From assembly GCA_030611015.1 (NCBI GenBank), contig JAUWQP010000003.1:1-41486 (forward strand): a DNA stretch of 41,486 nucleotides, read 5' to 3'. Below the pieces are notes generated by a model. It was given only the letters and a program-made list of their open reading frames with translations, ran no database searches and was not told the DNA's origin. The translations under genes and the position numbers were made by a program. Below, piece by piece: positions 36,398-41,486 of the stretch (position 1 is its first letter; every line of letters begins with the position of its first letter). The stretch comes from Chloroflexota bacterium. Its GTDB lineage: Bacteria > Chloroflexota > Dehalococcoidia > GIF9 > AB-539-J10.

Positions 36398-37885
36398 CTA
36401 ACTACTGCTCTCGGTATAAAGCTTTGTTGGCGCTTTGACTATTATTTTGGTCCCCTTTCCTATTTGGGAACTAACCTCAAGTTCCCCGCCTATTAACCGG
36501 GCTCGTTCCGCCATACCGGTAAGCCCCAACTTACCTCGACCGGCAAAAGCACTTAGCTGCCGGGGAAGCTCGAAGCCCTTGCCATTATCGCTAATGGTTA
36601 CCCTGACCTCAGCTTCCTGGTACTCCACGGTAATGCTGGCTTGAGATGCCCCAGAATGTCGGTGAACATTATTTAAGGCTTCTTGAACAATGCGGAACAA
36701 AACTAGCTGTGTTTCTGGAGGGAGTGGTGGAACGGCATCTGTTTTGACCTGAATTTCGATTCCACTAAAGTTGTGTGTTTCCTCAGCCAGCCATTTGATA
36801 GCCGCCACCAAACCTAAGTCGTCCAGAATGCCTGGCCTCAGAGCCTGGGCATAGTGCTTAATGCCTTGGTAGGTTTGCTGGGACAGTTCATATAGTTTCT
36901 CCAACTCTTTTCTTAGTTCTTGAGGCAAATATCTCTCGGCTTTAGAGGCAAGGTTATCTACGCCATGCGTTAAAAGTAATATTTGCTGAGAAGCATCGTC
37001 ATGAAGTTCACGAGCAAGGCGTTTGCGTTCTTCTTCTTGAGCTTGTAGAACCTGCCTGAGGTAGAATTGCAAGTTATCCCGTAATCCTCTCTCCTCAGTG
37101 ATGTCACGAGCCAAATTTTGAAAAGCTTGAGGCTTGCCATCGCTGAGAACAAGTCGGGTGGCCAATTGCACGATTGCTTCAGAACCATCTTTCTTAATTA
37201 ATCGCTGCTCATAGCGCTGTTCCATAGCTTCGCCTCTCAGTAGCCTATCTCTCACCTGTCTCACTAAAGGTAGTGCCTCCGGTCTAACAAAGTCGCGGAC
37301 ATTTTGGTCGGTTAACTCCGAGACCGAGTAGCCAGTGAGCTTTTCACAGGCTTTATTAGCCAAAGTGATATTGCCCTCTATATCGTGAATCCAGATAGCA
37401 TCGCTGGCGTTAGCAAATAACTCTTCATAGTTTTGCCGCGCTAATTCGCAAGCCTTCATGGCTTCTTCTAGTCTCTTTTTTTGCTGTCTATTTTGACGGT
37501 AGGCTGCCATAAGTGTAATGGTCAAAGCGCCAATAGCAAGGCTAGCGAGACTTTCCAGGAGCGCGTCTTTGAAATTGGGGGAAATCAAAAAAGCCCGAAG
37601 TAACATTGCCACAGCGCTTGATAGCCATAGTGTGGCACCCCCGATTATTCCCAGTGTCCAGCCCCCATATAACACCAACAAGAGATAAAGAAGTCGCTCC
37701 AAACTGTGTCGTGAAAGCCCTAGAACTGCAGGCATCGAGATCTCGCCCAAGACAGGTATTTGAAATAGGAGCTGGGTAAAATGGGATATAGTTAGGAAAA
37801 CGAATAAGACGATTATAATCCAGAGGTGTGGGTTTCTTAACCCGGGAACTTGTCCTCGGTATTCTCTAAGGTAACTAATCCCCAT
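36398..37885 (-). CDS. Membrane PAS-domain sensor histidine kinase (HisKA_3, NarX/UhpB type)
   Basis: N-terminal hydrophobic helices, PAS ([13 protein letters not shown]...[10 protein letters not shown]...ARDITE), [36 protein letters not shown]; start uncertain, overlaps the regulator gene. Confidence 0.92.
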   Translation of the reverse strand: MGISYLREYRGQVPGLRNPHLWIIIVLFVFLTISHFTQLLFQIPVLGEISMPAVLGLSRHSLERLLYLLLVLYGGWTLGIIGGATLWLSSAVAMLLRAFLISPNFKDALLESLASLAIGALTITLMAAYRQNRQQKKRLEEAMKACELARQNYEELFANASDAIWIHDIEGNITLANKACEKLTGYSVSELTDQNVRDFVRPEALPLVRQVRDRLLRGEAMEQRYEQRLIKKDGSEAIVQLATRLVLSDGKPQAFQNLARDITEERGLRDNLQFYLRQVLQAQEEERKRLARELHDDASQQILLLTHGVDNLASKAERYLPQELRKELEKLYELSQQTYQGIKHYAQALRPGILDDLGLVAAIKWLAEETHNFSGIEIQVKTDAVPPLPPETQLVLFRIVQEALNNVHRHSGASQASITVEYQEAEVRVTISDNGKGFELPRQLSAFAGRGKLGLTGMAERARLIGGELEVSSQIGKGTKIIVKAPTKLYTESSS

Positions 37886-38520
37886 TTTAATCCTTTGACT
37901 ATTGCCTCGCTGCGTGAGGCAACATTCAATTTGTTAAAGATATTAGTCAGGTGAGCTTTAACAGTGCGCTGGCTGAGAAACAATTTTCCTGCTATCTCTT
38001 TATTGCTCATTCCCAGGGCGACTAATCTGAGTACCTCCGATTCTCGCTCGCTCAGCAGGTCCGATGCTTTGCGCTCCTCAACCGGTGCTATCATAGCTCG
38101 CTTTAACAGCTTGGCGATAATTTTGGGGTGGAGCACCGATTTACCTGATTTTACAGCTCGAATAGCTCCAGCCAAATCACGTCCCCTGGCGCTTTTCAAG
38201 AGATAGCCGGCAGCTCCAGCATCAAGCAATCCCAATACATACTCGTCGTCATCATAAGCAGTGAGGATTAGGATGGCTATGTTGGGAGCAATCTGTTTTA
38301 TCTTTCTGGTGGCTTCGATTCCATTGAGTTTGGGCATGACGATGTCCATCACCGCCACATCGGGTTTTAACTCCGAGGCAAGCTTGACTGCTTCCTCACC
38401 ATCACCGGCCTCAGCCACAACCTCCATGTCCCTCTCACCAGCTAGTGCTTGATGTAGCGCTTCACGCACCAAGGGATGGTCGTCAGCAATCAGGACCGTT
38501 AATTTGTCTCTTGCCTTCAA
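37837..38520 (-). CDS. NarL/LuxR-family response regulator
   Basis: [27 protein letters not shown]...GMSNKEIA...[13 protein letters not shown]; TTG start. Confidence 0.94.
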   Translation of the reverse strand: MKARDKLTVLIADDHPLVREALHQALAGERDMEVVAEAGDGEEAVKLASELKPDVAVMDIVMPKLNGIEATRKIKQIAPNIAILILTAYDDDEYVLGLLDAGAAGYLLKSARGRDLAGAIRAVKSGKSVLHPKIIAKLLKRAMIAPVEERKASDLLSERESEVLRLVALGMSNKEIAGKLFLSQRTVKAHLTNIFNKLNVASRSEAIVKGLKWGLVTLENTEDKFPG

Positions 38521-38689
38521 ATTTCCAGCCTTTGAAGCAATTATAAGCTCATATGCACTTTAGGGCAAGCCAATTGTCCTTTTGGCCATAACCAAAGTGC
38601 TATTGCAAATTATAACCTACGGACGATGGCAGGCGAACAGACAAATGTTAGATTTCTATTGCGAAATAAAAAAGAAGGGAGGGAGAAAA

Positions 38690-38974
38690 ATGACTAGAGC
38701 GCTTGCAGCAATAAAAGGAAAGGTTGGTGGGGAGGTAGTGTTTGGGAGAGAGGAGTTGTTTGCTGTTTTGAAGAGAGCAGCTACTGAATCGGAATTCCTG
38801 GCACGATTAGCCGATGACCCACATGAGGCTCTTAAGGAGTATTACTCTTTGACCAGTGAGGAGAGAGCTGCCTTAGCCAGTGGCGACATCAAGAAAATAG
38901 AATCCTGGGTGGGCAAGCTAGACAAAGAACTGACTACCTGGCTATGGTGTCGGCTGTCACAAGAAAAATATTAA
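38690..38974 (+). CDS. Small hypothetical protein with an NHLP-leader/LigA-like helical motif
   Basis: 94 aa, strong SD gggaggga; RAATESEFLARLADDPHEALKEYYSLTSEERAAL. Confidence 0.75.
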   Translation: MTRALAAIKGKVGGEVVFGREELFAVLKRAATESEFLARLADDPHEALKEYYSLTSEERAALASGDIKKIESWVGKLDKELTTWLWCRLSQEKY

Positions 38975-38989
38975 TTAGTGAGGCATGAA

Positions 38990-39508
38990 ATGGCGAATCC
39001 TTCAATAGCGCAAGACACCCAGGTGCTTCCACGGGAGCAAGAAGAGACTAATGAGAAGCGCCTAAACGAGATTTTATCCTCCTATCAGGGTAAGGAAGAG
39101 GAGCTTATTCCCATCTTGCAGCAAGTCCAGCAGGCTTTTGGTTATCTGCCAGAGCCAATGATGAAAAAGATAGCCAAATTCCTCCAGTTGCCAGAAAGCA
39201 CCGTCTTTGGGATAGGTACATTCTATGCCCAATTCAAGCTTGTCCCTTCAGGGCGGAATATCATCAGGGTTTGTCGTGGCACTGCCTGTCATGTGCGTGG
39301 TGGCGCCCGCATCCTCCGAGAAGTGGAAAAACATCTGGGCATTAAGCCCGGGGAAAGTAGTCTGGATCTCGAATACTGCTTGGAGACAGTGGCCTGTATC
39401 GGTGCCTGTGCTCTAGCACCAACAATGGTGGTAAACAATGCGACCCATGGGCAAATGACAACTAAAAAGGCAGCCGAGGCTTTAGAGCAATTTAGAGGGA
39501 AGAAATGA
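38990..39508 (+). CDS. NuoE/HydC-family [2Fe-2S] subunit (second paralogue)
   Basis: LIPILQQVQQAFGYLP, TFYAQF, CRGTACH, ACIGAC; start ATG 38990 (GTG 38978 possible). Confidence 0.92.
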   Translation: MANPSIAQDTQVLPREQEETNEKRLNEILSSYQGKEEELIPILQQVQQAFGYLPEPMMKKIAKFLQLPESTVFGIGTFYAQFKLVPSGRNIIRVCRGTACHVRGGARILREVEKHLGIKPGESSLDLEYCLETVACIGACALAPTMVVNNATHGQMTTKKAAEALEQFRGKK

Positions 39509-41486
39509 TGGAGAAAAAGCCCGGTATTCATTCTGATGGGCACCGCAAGGTGTTGGTCTGTCAGGGCACTGGCTGTACTTCTTCGAGGTCGGAGGAAATT
39601 CGGAGGGCACTCGAACATGAAGTAAATCGGGCAGGATTGAGCAATGTCGAAGTGGATTTTACTGGCTGCCACGGCTTTTGCCAGCAAGGACCAATAGTGG
39701 TTGTCGAGCCTGAGGGCACTTTCTACGCCCATGTCAAGGTAGAAGATGCTACCGAGATTGTCTATTCACATTTAAAAGAGGGTAAGTCGGTAGAGCGTCT
39801 CTTCTATCGGGACCCTGTTACCGGTGAAGCAATACCTACTTATCAAGAGATAAACTTCTATAAGAAACAAACCCGCTTGGTACTACGTAACTGTGGACAC
39901 ATTAATCCCGAGAGGATTCAAGATTACATTGCCACTGGCGGCTATAAAGCACTGAGGAAGGCATTATTACAGATGACTCCGGAGGAGGTTATCAGCGAGA
40001 TTAAAAAATCAGGGCTGCGAGGTCGTGGTGGTGCTGGCTTCCCTACGGGAGTAAAGTGGGAATTTTGCCGTAAGTCACCAGGGGAACAGAAGTATATGAT
40101 CTGCAACGCTGATGAGGGTGACCCTGGTGCTTTTATGGATCGGAGCACCATGGAAGGTGATCCACACACCGTTATCGAAGGGTTGATTATTGCAGCCTAC
40201 GCTATTGGGGCCAGCGAAGGCTACATTTATTGCCGCGCTGAGTATCCTTTGGCTATAAAGCGTTTGTGTATTGCTATTAAACAGGCTGAGGAGAGAGGAT
40301 TCTTGGGCAAAAATATCCTCGGCTCACAATTCAACTTCACTGTGCATATTAAAGAGGGTGCTGGCGCTTTTGTCTGTGGTGAAGAGACAGCACTTATGGC
40401 TTCCATTGAAGGTAGAAGAGGCATGCCCCGCAGTCGCCCTCCCTTCCCAGCACAATCAGGTCTGTGGGGAAAGCCAACTACTATTAACAATGTGAAAACC
40501 CTTGCCAGCATCCCTGTGATAATTAGCAGGGGTGCAGACTGGTACGCCAGCATTGGCACTGAGAAGAGCAAAGGGACTGCGGTTTTCGCCTTAACAGGCA
40601 AGATTGCCAATGCCGGTTTGGTAGAGATTCCTATGGGCATTACCTTGCGTGAACTTATCTTCGAAATCGGCGGAGGAATCCTTGGCGGCAAGCGCTTTAA
40701 GGCAGTACAGACTGGTGGACCATCCGGAGGTTGTCTACCAGCAAGCTTGCTTGATTCGCCAATTGATTATGAATCGTTGGCGTCGGCAGGGTCAATTATG
40801 GGCTCTGGGGGTATGGTAGTGACGGATGAGGATACTTGCATGGTTGACATGGCGCGCTTCTTCCTTTCTTTCACGCAACTTGAGTCCTGCGGCAAGTGCA
40901 TACCATGTCGTTGGGGTACTAAACAGATGTTGGACATACTGGAGGATATAGCCAATGGAAGAGGTAGGTCCGGGGATATTGAATTGCTTCAGGAATTGGC
41001 TGAATCGGTCAAAGATGGTTCTTTGTGTGGTTTGGGGCAAACAGCTCCTAACCCGGTGCTTACCAGTATCCGCTACTTCCGTGATGAGTATGAAGAACAT
41101 ATCAAAAAGCATCATTGTTCTGCTGCGGTGTGCAAAGGCCTGGTCAAAGCGCCGTGTAGCCATACTTGCCCTGCTGGTGTAGATGTTCCTCGCTATCTCC
41201 GCTTTATTGGCCTGGGGCAGGTTGACCAGGCATTAGCTGTAATCCGGGAAAAGATACCCTTCCCCTCGATTTGTGGACATGTTTGTCCTCATCCTTGTGA
41301 AGCCAAGTGTCGGCGAGGACAAGTTGACGAAGCTATCGCCATAAGGGCACTCAAACGCTTTGCCGCAGAAAAGGGAAACGGGCTTTGGAAGATGAAAGCA
41401 AAGATGGCTGCAGCCACAGGTAAGCGAGTTGCCATCATTGGCTCAGGTCCAGCAGGACTCACTGCAGCTTATTACTTAGCTAAGCG
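39505..41486 (+). CDS. NuoF/HydB-family subunit fused to a GltD/NfnB-like domain (3' end truncated by the window)
   Basis: Absent from the ORF track because no stop lies in the window. Manual translation: CQGTGC...GCHGFC, GLRGRGGAGFP, NADEGDPGAFMDR, GAFVCGEET, GGPSGG, SCGKCIPC, then APCSHTCPAG...CGHVCPHPCEAKCRRG...IIGSGPAGLTAAYYL. Confidence 0.92.
   Translation, partial: MMEKKPGIHSDGHRKVLVCQGTGCTSSRSEEIRRALEHEVNRAGLSNVEVDFTGCHGFCQQGPIVVVEPEGTFYAHVKVEDATEIVYSHLKEGKSVERLFYRDPVTGEAIPTYQEINFYKKQTRLVLRNCGHINPERIQDYIATGGYKALRKALLQMTPEEVISEIKKSGLRGRGGAGFPTGVKWEFCRKSPGEQKYMICNADEGDPGAFMDRSTMEGDPHTVIEGLIIAAYAIGASEGYIYCRAEYPLAIKRLCIAIKQAEERGFLGKNILGSQFNFTVHIKEGAGAFVCGEETALMASIEGRRGMPRSRPPFPAQSGLWGKPTTINNVKTLASIPVIISRGADWYASIGTEKSKGTAVFALTGKIANAGLVEIPMGITLRELIFEIGGGILGGKRFKAVQTGGPSGGCLPASLLDSPIDYESLASAGSIMGSGGMVVTDEDTCMVDMARFFLSFTQLESCGKCIPCRWGTKQMLDILEDIANGRGRSGDIELLQELAESVKDGSLCGLGQTAPNPVLTSIRYFRDEYEEHIKKHHCSAAVCKGLVKAPCSHTCPAGVDVPRYLRFIGLGQVDQALAVIREKIPFPSICGHVCPHPCEAKCRRGQVDEAIAIRALKRFAAEKGNGLWKMKAKMAAATGKRVAIIGSGPAGLTAAYYLAK

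Noticed and set aside
1-41486. CRISPR array, tRNA/rRNA, transposase or integrase
   Set aside because: No regularly spaced repeats, cloverleaf-like sequence or recombinase motifs were recognised by eye

Overview
A 41.5 kb stretch of an anaerobic bacterium's chromosome. Gene content and style suggest Chloroflexota/Dehalococcoidia, which is an inference. Bases 1-16,000 are a loosely packed accessory region encoding a SAM methyltransferase, a zinc-ribbon and RRM RNA-binding pair, DUF5714, flavin reductase, iron-sulfur flavoprotein, threonine aldolase, M20 amidohydrolase, ABC-F, aldehyde:ferredoxin oxidoreductase, an MFS transporter and a J-domain protein. From about 16.2 to 36.3 kb lies one co-oriented, tightly coupled 16-gene Wood-Ljungdahl cluster: acsE-acsD-cdhA-cdhB-cdhC-acsC, a HydC/HydB (NuoE/NuoF)-like pair, cooC, a Tat-less group-1-type [NiFe] hydrogenase with its protease, metV-metF, DUF3786 and a 1349-aa formate dehydrogenase with a GltD/NfnB-like NADP(H) module inserted in its ferredoxin domain. 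The CODH/ACS module is archaeal-type, while the methyl module is bacterial-type. A PAS kinase/NarL-type regulator pair follows on the minus strand. Divergent from it is a second operon: a small NHLP-leader-like protein, NuoE-like, and a NuoF-GltD fusion that runs off the window end. The most notable points are the candidate H2/CO2/NAD(P)/ferredoxin bifurcating complex embedded in the CODH/ACS operon, a Cys-to-Ser change at an ACS A-cluster ligand, and a probable non-ATG (ACG) start for acsE. No rRNA, tRNA, CRISPR or transposase was recognised.
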